Shown here in pieces: positions 47,976-57,965 of a stretch of DNA of 64,000 bases; positions within the stretch are counted from its first letter, which is position 1; every line of letters begins with the position of its first letter. The stretch comes from Bacteroidales bacterium (GTDB lineage: Bacteria > Bacteroidota > Bacteroidia > Bacteroidales > UBA7960). Made by a program: the position numbers and the translations under genes. The stretch is from contig SLCY01000087.1 of the NCBI GenBank assembly GCA_007125585.1, forward strand, positions 2,644 through 66,643. Reading direction: 5' to 3'. Under the pieces are notes generated by a model. The model saw nothing but the letters and a program-made list of their open reading frames with translations, was not told where the DNA came from and did no database searches.

Positions 47976-49109
47976 TCATGTGGCGCTTACACGAACATGA
48001 ATATCCCTGTCAGCGAGGTATTGCATGACAAAATCAAAGCAGTCAATATCCATGGCGATCAGCTCCGGAGGGAATACGCCTTTGCCGCTGAATCTGCCGC
48101 CAAGGATAATTTCTGCCATGGCGGTGGCAGCAAATCCGGTGGTACGCGCCATGGAAGAGATCTTTTCCTTTTCGTCCCAGACATCATACAGCTCGTAAAC
48201 AAACCGCCTGGGCCGGCCTTCCTGGTTGCCTGAAAGCTCAATACGCATAACAGTAAATTCGCGCTCTTCAGGATCAAGCTGCCAGTCTTTGATCAGCACC
48301 TTGCTGGTGAAATCAATGGGGCGTATCGGTGTGTTGTTCACTGTGATTGGCTCTTTGTCAAAAAATCCCGCGGTCTTCAACGCCTGTACCAGTTGAATGT
48401 GTCCGGGGTAACGCAGTGTCTTTTCCTTCATGTTCGGGATATGTGCCATGTTGGTGAGCAATGACCGCAGCCCGTCGGTATAAAAAGCCTCCAGTGTACC
48501 TACCTCTGGAAAAAAAACAAGCTCCGGGTCGCTCATGGCAGGCTTGGTCATCTGTTTCCCTTTCTCGACAAAACGAGCCGGCCGTGTATACTCTTCCACC
48601 ACATCAATGGGTGAAAAAGGTGCTTTGTAATAAAAGGGATACACCTTCACCTTTGGCAACCCCCCCACATAATAGATAAACTCTTCCACCTCCATGAACT
48701 CATTGTGATACCCCACGATCAGGTTTGGAATACCGGGGGCGATGCCACAATCGGTGATGGCGGTCACGCCATGGCGGGCTGCAAGGTTGTTGAGCTCCAT
48801 GAAATCTTCCGGCATGAAAGAAATGTCCACAATGTTTCTTCCTGCCTCGATCACCGTTTTCACTGTGTCAAAGCCCATAAAGCCAGGCACGGCCGATACA
48901 ACGAGATCGAAGCCTTCGACCAACGATTGAATGCTCTCCTCTTCCATCAGGTTTAACCCCACTGTTTTAATGGGGTAGCCGGAAGACAGAAAGTCCAGCG
49001 ACCGCTGATCAATGTCGGCAGCCCACACCTCGTGTTTCTTTGACAGATCTATGGCAATGGCCTTGCCCACCATGCCGGCACCCAGCACTATGACCTTGCT
49101 TTTTCCCAT
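47976..49109 (-). CDS. Saccharopine dehydrogenase family / L-lysine 6-dehydrogenase-like
   Basis: VLGAGMVG Rossmann motif, SAVPGFMG, VDISF, DCGIAPG, YVGGLP, EEYTRPAR, EAFYTDGLRSL, EKTLRYPGH, SMARTTGF. Confidence 0.85.
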   Translation of the reverse strand: MGKSKVIVLGAGMVGKAIAIDLSKKHEVWAADIDQRSLDFLSSGYPIKTVGLNLMEEESIQSLVEGFDLVVSAVPGFMGFDTVKTVIEAGRNIVDISFMPEDFMELNNLAARHGVTAITDCGIAPGIPNLIVGYHNEFMEVEEFIYYVGGLPKVKVYPFYYKAPFSPIDVVEEYTRPARFVEKGKQMTKPAMSDPELVFFPEVGTLEAFYTDGLRSLLTNMAHIPNMKEKTLRYPGHIQLVQALKTAGFFDKEPITVNNTPIRPIDFTSKVLIKDWQLDPEEREFTVMRIELSGNQEGRPRRFVYELYDVWDEKEKISSMARTTGFAATAMAEIILGGRFSGKGVFPPELIAMDIDCFDFVMQYLADRDIHVRVSAT

Positions 49110-49188
49110 ACAGGCAATTGTTTTGCGTTTATGGTCAACGAAATTAAAAAATGTTTTGAAAACATCGGCGAATATACGGGCTATTCCT

Positions 49189-49196
49189 TAATTTTG
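49189..49196 (+). promoter_or_regulatory. Bacteroidota -7 element upstream of mrdA (TAATTTTG)
   Basis: TAnnTTTG match about 42 nt before the start. Confidence 0.5.
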
Positions 49197-49238
49197 CAGT
49201 ATACAACCATGATTACTTAAGCAAGCCCCCTGGATCTG

Positions 49239-51074
49239 ATGAACATTCACACCAATACCGACCACTATCTGCACCGAAAAAAGATCATTGCCTGGATTGT
49301 TATGGGTGTTGGCATGCTTCTGCTGGTACGCTTATTCATACTGCAAATTGCAGACCCCTCCTACAAGGTGTTTGCGCGCAGCAATTTCTTGCGTCATATT
49401 ACCGATTATCCCTCCCGTGGGTTGATCTACGATCGTCATGGAGAGCTGCTGGTGTACAATGAGGCTCATTATGACTTAATGGTGATTCCCGGGCAGGTTG
49501 GCGACATTGACACATTGGCGTTCTGTAAATTGTTGAACATTGATGTGGCGACCTTTGAGAGTCGCTTGTTGCAAGCCAGGCGGCATTCAAGGTTCAGGGC
49601 CTCGGTTTTTGAACGGCAGATATCCAAAACCGCCTTTGCGGCATTCCAGGAAAAGCTGTTCCGTTTTCCCGGCTTTTTTGTCCAGCCCCGGACGCTGCGC
49701 AAATACAGCTATCCGGTTGCCACCCATACTTTTGGTTATGTAGGGGAAGCAGGGCCAAACATTATCAACAACGACCCCTATTACCGGCCGGGCGACTATA
49801 TTGGGATCAGTGGTATAGAAAGGGCCTATGAAAAAGAGCTTCGGGGGCAAAAAGGTTTGCGGATCAGGATGGTGGATGTATTGAACCGTGATATCGGTCC
49901 CTTTCAGGATGGCCGTTACGACACACTCGGGGTGGCTGGCAAAAACCTCTATACTACACTGGACACCCGGCTTCAGTTATACGGTGAAAAGCTGATGCAG
50001 AACAAAAGGGGAAGCATTGTTGCCATTGAACCTTCAACCGGTGAGATCCTTTCACTGGTCTCATCTCCCTCCTTTGATCCGGGGCTATTGGTTGGCAGAC
50101 AGCGAACGAGGAATTACAGGGCATTACAAAACGACACCCTGAAGCCGTTGTTTAACAGGGCACTGATGGCGCAATATCCGCCGGGGTCGGTCTTTAAACT
50201 CATCAGCTTCCTGATCGCCCTGGAGGAGGGGGTCATTTCACCCACCACCAGCCATGGCTGCGCCGGGATCTACCACACACGGGGCATCAGTATCCGGTGC
50301 CGCCCGCATCCCAGCCCCGTCAATGCCATTACCGGACTACAGCATAGCTGCAATACCTACTCCAGCATCATTTTTCAAAACACCCTCAACCAGCCTCTTT
50401 TTAACAATATACAGGACGCATTCACACAGTGGCGCGATTATGTGCGCAGCTTTGGCCTGGGACAATATTTCGGCAGCGACCTGTCGTACGAACTGCCAGG
50501 CATCGTGGCATCGGCCGACTATTATGACAGGATATACGGCCCCGGAGGCTGGCGTTCACAAACAATCCTGTCGCTCGGCATCGGCCAGGGCGAACTGGGT
50601 GTAACCCCCATGCAACTTGCCAACATGACTGCGGCAATAGCCAACCGGGGACATTATTTTACCCCACATACCGTAAAGGCCGTCGGAGATCCTCAAAACA
50701 GCAACACACAGTACGCTCTGGCAAACAACATACCCATCAGCAGGGAACATTTTGAAACCATTGTATACGCGATGCAACGGGTTGTAAATGATGGGACAGC
50801 GAGCTTCTCCCGCATTCCTGACATTGATATGGCAGGGAAAACAGGCACCGTACAAAACCCACACGGTGAAAACCACTCTGTCTTTGTTGCCTTTGCGCCG
50901 GCAGAAAACCCACAGATCGCCATTTCGGTGATCGTTGAAAACGCCGGGCACGGATCAGTATGGGCCGCACCCATTGCCAGCCTGATGATAGAGAAATACC
51001 TGTCGGGGGAGGTGAAACGGCACTGGTTTGAACAAAGAGTGTTAGATGCCAGCTTTTTAACAGCCATGCCATGA
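49239..51074 (+). CDS. mrdA: Penicillin-binding protein 2
   Basis: N-terminal TM; RGLIYDR, GSVFK (SxxK), SCN, GIGQG, KTGT. Confidence 0.93.
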   Translation: MNIHTNTDHYLHRKKIIAWIVMGVGMLLLVRLFILQIADPSYKVFARSNFLRHITDYPSRGLIYDRHGELLVYNEAHYDLMVIPGQVGDIDTLAFCKLLNIDVATFESRLLQARRHSRFRASVFERQISKTAFAAFQEKLFRFPGFFVQPRTLRKYSYPVATHTFGYVGEAGPNIINNDPYYRPGDYIGISGIERAYEKELRGQKGLRIRMVDVLNRDIGPFQDGRYDTLGVAGKNLYTTLDTRLQLYGEKLMQNKRGSIVAIEPSTGEILSLVSSPSFDPGLLVGRQRTRNYRALQNDTLKPLFNRALMAQYPPGSVFKLISFLIALEEGVISPTTSHGCAGIYHTRGISIRCRPHPSPVNAITGLQHSCNTYSSIIFQNTLNQPLFNNIQDAFTQWRDYVRSFGLGQYFGSDLSYELPGIVASADYYDRIYGPGGWRSQTILSLGIGQGELGVTPMQLANMTAAIANRGHYFTPHTVKAVGDPQNSNTQYALANNIPISREHFETIVYAMQRVVNDGTASFSRIPDIDMAGKTGTVQNPHGENHSVFVAFAPAENPQIAISVIVENAGHGSVWAAPIASLMIEKYLSGEVKRHWFEQRVLDASFLTAMP

Positions 51075-52333
51075 CACAAAGATCCAACATATTCAACAAT
51101 ATTGACAAACCGGTATTGTTTCTATACCTCACAATGGTGGCCATTGGCTGGCTGAACATCTTTGCAGCCGAATATGCTGAGACCCAAAAACATGTGTTCG
51201 ACTTCAGTACAAGCTACGGCAAGCAGCTGATATGGATATGTACAGCATTTATACTTGCTGCCAGTGTGTTGATGATCGACGTTCGCTTTTTTACCAACTT
51301 TTCGCAGATCATATACGGGGTGTTTATTTTGCTGCTGACCGGCGTCCTGTTTTTTGGCGTAGAGGTCAATTCCACCAGGGCATGGTTCCAGTTCGGAGGA
51401 TTGGCCTTTCAGCCTTCGGAAATTGCAAAATATGGCACCGCTCTGGCACTTGCTTCCCTGATGGGCAGTGCACGGTTAAGAAAGCCAGGACACCTCATGC
51501 GGCTCAAAGCCTTCCTTCTTGTCCTGGTGCCTGCCGTTCTGGTACTGCTGCAAAAAGATGTGGGCACGACCCTGGTGTTTGCCTCCTTTATCCTCGTTTT
51601 CTTCCGCGAAGGGTGGCTCAGCGGGCTGGCACTGTTCTTCGCAGGACTGGCCGTTGCTCTCTTTGTCCTTGCCCTGGTCTTTAACGAACTCATCATCATT
51701 GGCATCCTTGCCCTGATTGGCATCACCATTGCGATCATCATGCGGAAAAAACCAAAAATATTCCCCCAGCTGATCGGTCTTTTCCTGCTTGTTGCAATAT
51801 ATGTCTATTCGGTGGATTTTGTCTTCGAAAATGTGCTGCAACCCCATCACAAAGCCAGGATAGAGGTGCTGGTGCATGGGGGTGCGGACCTGCAGGGGGC
51901 AGGCTATAACCTGCACCAGTCCAAAATTGCCATTGGCTCCGGGGGACTGTGGGGCAAAGGGTTTCTGCAGGGGACCCAAACACAGTTCAACTTTATCCCG
52001 GAACAAACCACCGACTTTATCTTTTGCACCATAGGTGAAGAATGGGGATTTGTCGGAAGCCTTTTGATCATCGGCCTCTTCCTGGCCCTTTTGATGCGGC
52101 TTATCACCCTGGCCGAGCGACAAAAGTCTGTTTTCGGCAGGGTCGTGGGTTACTCAGCCGTTTCAGTCATCTTTTTTCACTTTGCCATCAATATAGGCAT
52201 GACCATTGGTCTGGCACCGGTCATAGGGATCCCCCTTCCATTGATCAGCTATGGGGGCTCTTCCTTATGGGGCACCACCCTCCTTTTGTTCACCTTCCTG
52301 AAGCTCGATGCCAAAAGGTTGGAAATGCTTTGA
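51071..52333 (+). CDS. rodA: Rod shape-determining protein RodA (SEDS)
   Basis: FQPSEIAK, GYNLHQSKIAIGSGG, PEQTTDFIF, GIPLPLISYGGSS; overlaps the mrdA stop. Confidence 0.94.
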   Translation: MTQRSNIFNNIDKPVLFLYLTMVAIGWLNIFAAEYAETQKHVFDFSTSYGKQLIWICTAFILAASVLMIDVRFFTNFSQIIYGVFILLLTGVLFFGVEVNSTRAWFQFGGLAFQPSEIAKYGTALALASLMGSARLRKPGHLMRLKAFLLVLVPAVLVLLQKDVGTTLVFASFILVFFREGWLSGLALFFAGLAVALFVLALVFNELIIIGILALIGITIAIIMRKKPKIFPQLIGLFLLVAIYVYSVDFVFENVLQPHHKARIEVLVHGGADLQGAGYNLHQSKIAIGSGGLWGKGFLQGTQTQFNFIPEQTTDFIFCTIGEEWGFVGSLLIIGLFLALLMRLITLAERQKSVFGRVVGYSAVSVIFFHFAINIGMTIGLAPVIGIPLPLISYGGSSLWGTTLLLFTFLKLDAKRLEML

Positions 52334-52387
52334 CCAGTCTGAGTTAACCATTTTTTCTTACCTTCGATGCAAATAAACAGATGACGC

Positions 52388-53266
52388 ATGAAAATTGCAT
52401 TGTTTGGCCGGCCTTTTGCCCCCCCTTTTTTTGAGAACTTCAGGCTGCTCATTTCTACCCTGGGAGAGAGAGCCTCTTCCTTTCTTGTTTATGAGAGATT
52501 ATACAACCACATCCGGGAACATGTGCGTTTTGAGAAGCCTGTAAAAGTGCTGTCGACCGGCTGCAGGCCCGACAGCGACACTTTTTGCATGATCAGCCTG
52601 GGCGGGGACGGCACACTGCTCGACACCATCACCATGGTGCGTGACTCCGGTATTCCCGTTCTGGGGATCAACACCGGACGGCTGGGTTTTCTCTCGGCCA
52701 TCTCCACCGACGAGATCACCCTTGCCGCCAGATCACTCATCTCCGGCGATTACTCCATCGACAAACGTACGATGCTGCAACTGACAGAACCCGCCAACCT
52801 TTTTGGAAGCTTCAACTATGCATTGAACGAGCTGACCGTCCTGAAGCGCGACAACACAACCATGATCTCCATCAGCGCTTACGTCGATGATCTGTTTCTT
52901 AACAACTACTGGGCAGATGGCCTGATCGTCTCAACACCCACAGGGTCAACAGGCTATTCACTGAGCTGCGGCGGGCCGATCATCTCACCCGAAAGCAGGA
53001 ATTTCGTGATCACACCCATCGCCACCCACAACCTGACTGTAAGGCCCATCATCATCCCTGACAGCAGCGAGGTGAAGCTGAAAATCTCAGAAAGGACACA
53101 AGACTACCTTGTATTGCTCGACTCGAGGTCCAAAACCCTCAACACAACAACAGAACTGGTTGTGACACGGGCCGCTTTTTCCATGAACCTCATCTGCGTG
53201 GGACAAAAAGATTTTTACAAAACAATACGGAACAAGCTGGCATGGGGGCTGGATAAAAGGAACTGA
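52388..53266 (+). CDS. nadK: NAD kinase
   Basis: GGDGTLL, GINTGRLGFL, ALNE, DGLIVSTPTGSTGYSLSCGGP. Confidence 0.95.
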   Translation: MKIALFGRPFAPPFFENFRLLISTLGERASSFLVYERLYNHIREHVRFEKPVKVLSTGCRPDSDTFCMISLGGDGTLLDTITMVRDSGIPVLGINTGRLGFLSAISTDEITLAARSLISGDYSIDKRTMLQLTEPANLFGSFNYALNELTVLKRDNTTMISISAYVDDLFLNNYWADGLIVSTPTGSTGYSLSCGGPIISPESRNFVITPIATHNLTVRPIIIPDSSEVKLKISERTQDYLVLLDSRSKTLNTTTELVVTRAAFSMNLICVGQKDFYKTIRNKLAWGLDKRN

Positions 53267-53317
53267 CAGAATAATATATGCGCGCCCCCGACGTTATGTT
53301 TGATGAATAAAGACAAA

Positions 53318-53977
53318 ATGAACCGACACAAAGCATTCCTTGTATTTGCCTTTTTGATGATAAATCTCTCCGGTGGCTTCACGCAGACCTACGAAGTGGG
53401 TATTTTCGGGGGCGCATCCAACTACCTTGGCGACATGAACCCCTATTACAACCCGTCCAGTCTGATATACAAGCCAGGTCTTGCGGGAGGGTTGTTAGCA
53501 CGGTATAACCATACCAAGCATCTTTCCCTGCGGCTCAGCGCCCTTTACGGTGAAATCAGCGGATCGTACGAGAATGTCCCCGCCGGCTATATACCCGGTC
53601 AGCAGCTATTCAGCACCACCGTTACAGAGTTGTCGCTCAAGGGAGAGGTTAATTTCCTGCCGTATGTGGCAGGTGATCCGTCAAGCCGTTTTACCCCTTA
53701 TATTTTCGGGGGGAGCGGGGGCTTTGTTTTTAATCATGCGGATGATGGGTATAAGTTCCGCCGCCTCTCCTACATTTTTGGCCTTGGTGTCAAACTGCAC
53801 GTAACAAAGGCGGTTAACGCCGGCGTCGACTGGGGCATGCGGTCTACAACAACCAACAAGCTTGATGGGGTTTATCCTGTCGGGGGTAACCCCAAGAACA
53901 ACGACTGGTATGCCTTTTCCGGGATTCACGTTACCATCAGGTTTAAGGACAGAAGCAGTGCTGTATGCCCCTATTAG
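53318..53977 (+). CDS. DUF6089/PorG-like outer-membrane beta-barrel
   Basis: Signal peptide; EVGIFGG.SNYLGD, RYN...LSLR, TPY...G, GNP.NNDWY.F.G; lies between nadK and uppS. Confidence 0.7.
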   Translation: MNRHKAFLVFAFLMINLSGGFTQTYEVGIFGGASNYLGDMNPYYNPSSLIYKPGLAGGLLARYNHTKHLSLRLSALYGEISGSYENVPAGYIPGQQLFSTTVTELSLKGEVNFLPYVAGDPSSRFTPYIFGGSGGFVFNHADDGYKFRRLSYIFGLGVKLHVTKAVNAGVDWGMRSTTTNKLDGVYPVGGNPKNNDWYAFSGIHVTIRFKDRSSAVCPY

Positions 53978-54073
53978 ATTAAAATTTCATAAACTTTACG
54001 CTTTTCCTTTTTTTTGTCGAAACATTTTAAGAAATTTGTGCCACGTTTAAAAGGTATAATTTATTGACCTATA

Positions 54074-54835
54074 ATGGATTTAAGGCAGCACATCATCAAA
54101 GACAAGCTTCCCCTGCATGTTGCCCTGATCATGGACGGCAATGGGAGGTGGGCCAAACAAAGAGGGCGGGAGCGAATCTTTGGACATGAGAATGGAATAG
54201 AGGCTGTGCGTGACACAGTGAAGGCCGCTGCTGAGGTAGGGGTGCAATTCCTTACCTTTTTTGCTTTCTCAACAGAAAACTGGTGCAGGCCGCACAGGGA
54301 AGTGGAGACCCTGATGGATATCCTGGTGAGGGCCATTGGTGCGGAGACACCTGAGCTCAACGAAAACGGGGTCAGGCTTCAAGCCATCGGTGATCTGGCT
54401 TCCCTGCCGCTGAGATGCCGTGAAAAGCTTGACGAGGCCATTGAACTCACGGCAAATAACAACAAGCTGATCGTAACGGTGGCGTTAAGCTACAGTGCCC
54501 GATGGGAAATATTGAATGCAACACAGAAAATAGCACAAAAAATAGCAGAGAGAGCCATTCTCCCGGATGAAATTGATGAAGAGGTGTTCATCAATGAGCT
54601 GGAAACAGCCAACATCCCTGACCCGGATCTGCTCATCCGAACCAGCGGGGAGCTGCGCGTCAGTAATTTCATGCTCTGGCAGATTGCATATACGGAACTA
54701 TATTTTACACCGGTCTTCTGGCCTGACTTCAGAAGAAAACATTTTTACCAGGCAATCATTGACTACCAGCGAAGAGAAAGACGCTTCGGAAAGGTGTTAC
54801 AACAAACGGTTGCATCAAAGAATACTTTAAAATAA
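54074..54835 (+). CDS. uppS: Undecaprenyl diphosphate synthase
   Basis: HVALIMDGNGRWA, AFSTENW.RP, DPDLLIRTSGE.RVSNFMLWQIAY, RRERRFG. Confidence 0.96.
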   Translation: MDLRQHIIKDKLPLHVALIMDGNGRWAKQRGRERIFGHENGIEAVRDTVKAAAEVGVQFLTFFAFSTENWCRPHREVETLMDILVRAIGAETPELNENGVRLQAIGDLASLPLRCREKLDEAIELTANNNKLIVTVALSYSARWEILNATQKIAQKIAERAILPDEIDEEVFINELETANIPDPDLLIRTSGELRVSNFMLWQIAYTELYFTPVFWPDFRRKHFYQAIIDYQRRERRFGKVLQQTVASKNTLK

Positions 54836-54846
54836 TAAACCTTGCA

Positions 54847-57351
54847 ATGTTTAGAATAATTGCCCCCATCTTTATCCTCCTTTCACTTTTCTTCTCCGTC
54901 GATGCCCATTCACAGCAGGTGTTGACAGGCGATCAGATCGTCATCGACCCGATGAACCCAAGAGAGTATGAAATAGGGGGCATCTCCGTCACAGGCACCA
55001 TGTTTCTCGACAACAACATGGTGATCATGGCGAGTCAGCTGACTGTGGGACAACAAATCATGGTGCCGGGCGAAGAGATCTCCAACGCCATCCAAAACCT
55101 GTGGAAACAACAGCTGTTTAAAGATGTAAGTATCGGCATCACCTCCATACAGGAAGGGTTGGTTTTCCTCGATATTCAACTGGTGGAAAGGCCAAAGCTG
55201 ACAAGGTATGAGTTTGAAGGGATCAGGCGCTCGGAAGCCGATGACCTCAGAGACAAGTTAAACCTCGTCCGGGGCGATGTGGTCACGGAAAACCTCCTTT
55301 TCAGGGCAGAAAACGCCATTGAAGAGTACTACATGGAAAAAGGGTACCTGACGCCTTCCATTGAGATCAGACAACTGGAAGACACTGCCAGGGTCAACAA
55401 CATGATCCTGGAGTTCAACATCGACCGGGGCGACAGGACCCGTATCAGGGAGATCAACATTTACGGGAATGAGACCTTAACAGACAGGCAGATCAAACGC
55501 ATCATGAAAAACACCAGGGAACGAAGCCTTCGTTTCTTGTTTTCGTCATCCAAGCTTGTTGATGATGATTTTGAAGAAGATAAAAGAACCCTCATAAACA
55601 AGTACAACGAGCTGGGCAAGCGGGATGCTGCCATTGTCAGGGATTCTGTGTATTTCGTTGAAGACAACCGCATTGAGATCGACCTCCACATTGATGAGGG
55701 ACCCACCTATTATTTCAGAGCCATCGACTGGATAGGGAACACGGTATATGATGCCGAAGTGTTGAATGCCATGCTTGATATCAGGAAAGGCGATGTATAC
55801 AATCAGAACAAGCTGGAGGAAAACCTGTTCATGAACATGGAAGAAGGTGATGTGAGTTCTCTATACATGGACATCGGCTATCTCTTCTTTCAGCTTGAGC
55901 CTGTTGAGGTCGCTGTGGAGAATGACTCCATTGATCTTGAGATAAGGATTTACGAGGGGGAGCAGGCCCGCATCAACCGGGTTACCATCAGTGGCAACAC
56001 CCGGACCAACGACCACGTCATCATGCGTGAGATCCGCACCAGGCCCGGTCAGCTGTTCAGCCGCTCTGCCATTATACGTAGTCAGCGTGAGATCATCCAG
56101 CTGGGGTTTTTTGACCAGGAAACCATTGATGTAAGCCCCGTTCCCAACCCGGTTGACAATACCGTCGACCTTGAATACATCGTGGAAGAGACCTCTTCTG
56201 ACCAGATCGAGCTCTCCGGCGGCTGGGGGGCCAACCGTATCATCGGTACCGTTGGGATCTCTTTCAACAATTTCTCTACCCGCAACCTCTTCAACAGGGA
56301 AGCATGGCGGCCTTTGCCAACGGGAGACGGCCAGAGGCTTTCCCTGCGGGCACAGACTTACGGGCGGGGCTATCTCTCTTATAGCGCCTCATTTGTGGAA
56401 CCCTGGCTGGGAGGGAACAGGCCAAACGCCCTCAGTGTGTCATTCTATCAGACCACCCACAGGCGAAACCTGGCCAGCGATCACCCTGACTACGGCTACT
56501 ACTCTATCATCGGTTCTTCCGTTGGACTGTCGAAAAGGCTTACCATTCCCGACGACTATTTTTTCCTGCAGCAATCCATCAATTACCAGCATTATGATAT
56601 CCTGAACAGCCCCATCCGCTTTATTTTTGACAACGGACAATCAAATAACCTGAGTTATAGTGTCGTGTTCGGCCGCAACTCCAAAGACGCCACCCTGTTC
56701 CCCCGCCGCGGGTCTGAGGTTAGCCTCTCACTACAGCTCACCCCGCCCTACTCCTTGCTGGCCGAAAAAGACCTGGCAGATGCCACACCCCAGGAAAAAT
56801 ATCGCTGGCTGGAATACCACAAATGGAAATTCAGGGGGAACTGGTACACGCCCATCGTGGGTGACCTCATCCTGTCAACAAGGATACGCTTTGGATTCCT
56901 GGGTTATTATAACCCCGATATCGGCTATCCGCCCTTTGAACGTTTTTACCTTGGGGGCGACGGACTTTCAGGATGGGAGATCGACGGAAGGGAGATCATC
57001 GCACTCAGGGGCTACACCAACTATGCACTGACACCCACCGACAACAGGGGGGAGTTCATTGGAGCAACCGCCTATAACAAGTATACCGTAGAGCTGCGCT
57101 TCCCCTTGTCGCTGAACCCAATGGCAACAATCTACGCCCTGGCTTTCGTGGAAGGAGGAAACGCCTTCGCAGACATCCCCTCCTTTACCCCATTTAATGT
57201 TAAACGGTCAGCAGGGGTAGGTGCCCGGATATTCCTGCCCATGTTTGGACTGCTGGGCATTGACTATGGCTACGGCTTTGACGATATCCCCGGAAGGCCG
57301 GGAGACGGGGGAGGGCAGTTCCACTTCTCTATTGGACACACGATCGACTAA
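54847..57351 (+). CDS. bamA: Outer membrane protein assembly factor BamA
   Basis: POTRA repeats (GNTRTNDHVIMRE), ERFYLGG, LRGY, GARIFLPMFGLLGIDYGYG, FHFSIG. Confidence 0.94.
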   Translation: MFRIIAPIFILLSLFFSVDAHSQQVLTGDQIVIDPMNPREYEIGGISVTGTMFLDNNMVIMASQLTVGQQIMVPGEEISNAIQNLWKQQLFKDVSIGITSIQEGLVFLDIQLVERPKLTRYEFEGIRRSEADDLRDKLNLVRGDVVTENLLFRAENAIEEYYMEKGYLTPSIEIRQLEDTARVNNMILEFNIDRGDRTRIREINIYGNETLTDRQIKRIMKNTRERSLRFLFSSSKLVDDDFEEDKRTLINKYNELGKRDAAIVRDSVYFVEDNRIEIDLHIDEGPTYYFRAIDWIGNTVYDAEVLNAMLDIRKGDVYNQNKLEENLFMNMEEGDVSSLYMDIGYLFFQLEPVEVAVENDSIDLEIRIYEGEQARINRVTISGNTRTNDHVIMREIRTRPGQLFSRSAIIRSQREIIQLGFFDQETIDVSPVPNPVDNTVDLEYIVEETSSDQIELSGGWGANRIIGTVGISFNNFSTRNLFNREAWRPLPTGDGQRLSLRAQTYGRGYLSYSASFVEPWLGGNRPNALSVSFYQTTHRRNLASDHPDYGYYSIIGSSVGLSKRLTIPDDYFFLQQSINYQHYDILNSPIRFIFDNGQSNNLSYSVVFGRNSKDATLFPRRGSEVSLSLQLTPPYSLLAEKDLADATPQEKYRWLEYHKWKFRGNWYTPIVGDLILSTRIRFGFLGYYNPDIGYPPFERFYLGGDGLSGWEIDGREIIALRGYTNYALTPTDNRGEFIGATAYNKYTVELRFPLSLNPMATIYALAFVEGGNAFADIPSFTPFNVKRSAGVGARIFLPMFGLLGIDYGYGFDDIPGRPGDGGGQFHFSIGHTID

Positions 57352-57383
57352 AACATGTTTAAAAAAATGAGGAGGACATCACA

Positions 57384-57899
57384 ATGAAAAAACAATTGCT
57401 TCTGTTCCTTATAATGGGTGCCATGTCGCTGACAGCGTTTGGTCAGCGTTTCGCCTATATCGACACGGAATATATCCTTGACAACATCCCCGAATACAAG
57501 GCAGCCGAAAGGGAGGTGGAAGATCTTTCCGTGCAGTGGCAGACAGAGATCGAGAACAAATTCGCCGAAGTCGACAGGCTTTACCGTGAATATCAGGCCG
57601 AGGCACCTTTGCTGCCGGATGAGATGAAACGCCAGAGAGAAGAGGAGATCATCGCATTGGAGAGGGCCGCCAAAGAGCTCCAGATGCAACGTTTCGGACG
57701 GGAAGGTGACCTGTTTGAAAAAAGACAGGAACTTATTCAGCCCATACAGGACCAGGTGTTTGAAGCCGTAGAGGAGATGGCCTCCAGGGGCAACTATGCC
57801 GTGATCTTCGATAAGGCAGGGGGAGCATCCATGATCTACACCGATGTGCGTTACGACCTGAGCGACGATGTGTTGCAGCGGCTAGGCTACCGCAATTAA
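57384..57899 (+). CDS. skp: OmpH/Skp periplasmic chaperone
   Basis: Signal peptide; QRFAYIDTEYILDNIPEY, FG.EG.LF.KRQELI.PIQD, YDLSDDVL; follows bamA. Confidence 0.9.
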   Translation: MKKQLLLFLIMGAMSLTAFGQRFAYIDTEYILDNIPEYKAAEREVEDLSVQWQTEIENKFAEVDRLYREYQAEAPLLPDEMKRQREEEIIALERAAKELQMQRFGREGDLFEKRQELIQPIQDQVFEAVEEMASRGNYAVIFDKAGGASMIYTDVRYDLSDDVLQRLGYRN

Positions 57900-57965
57900 A
57901 CATCCCCGGTGATCATTATGCCGGAAGAACCCCGGCAGCGAAACAGGGTATTGCCCTGCCAATGT

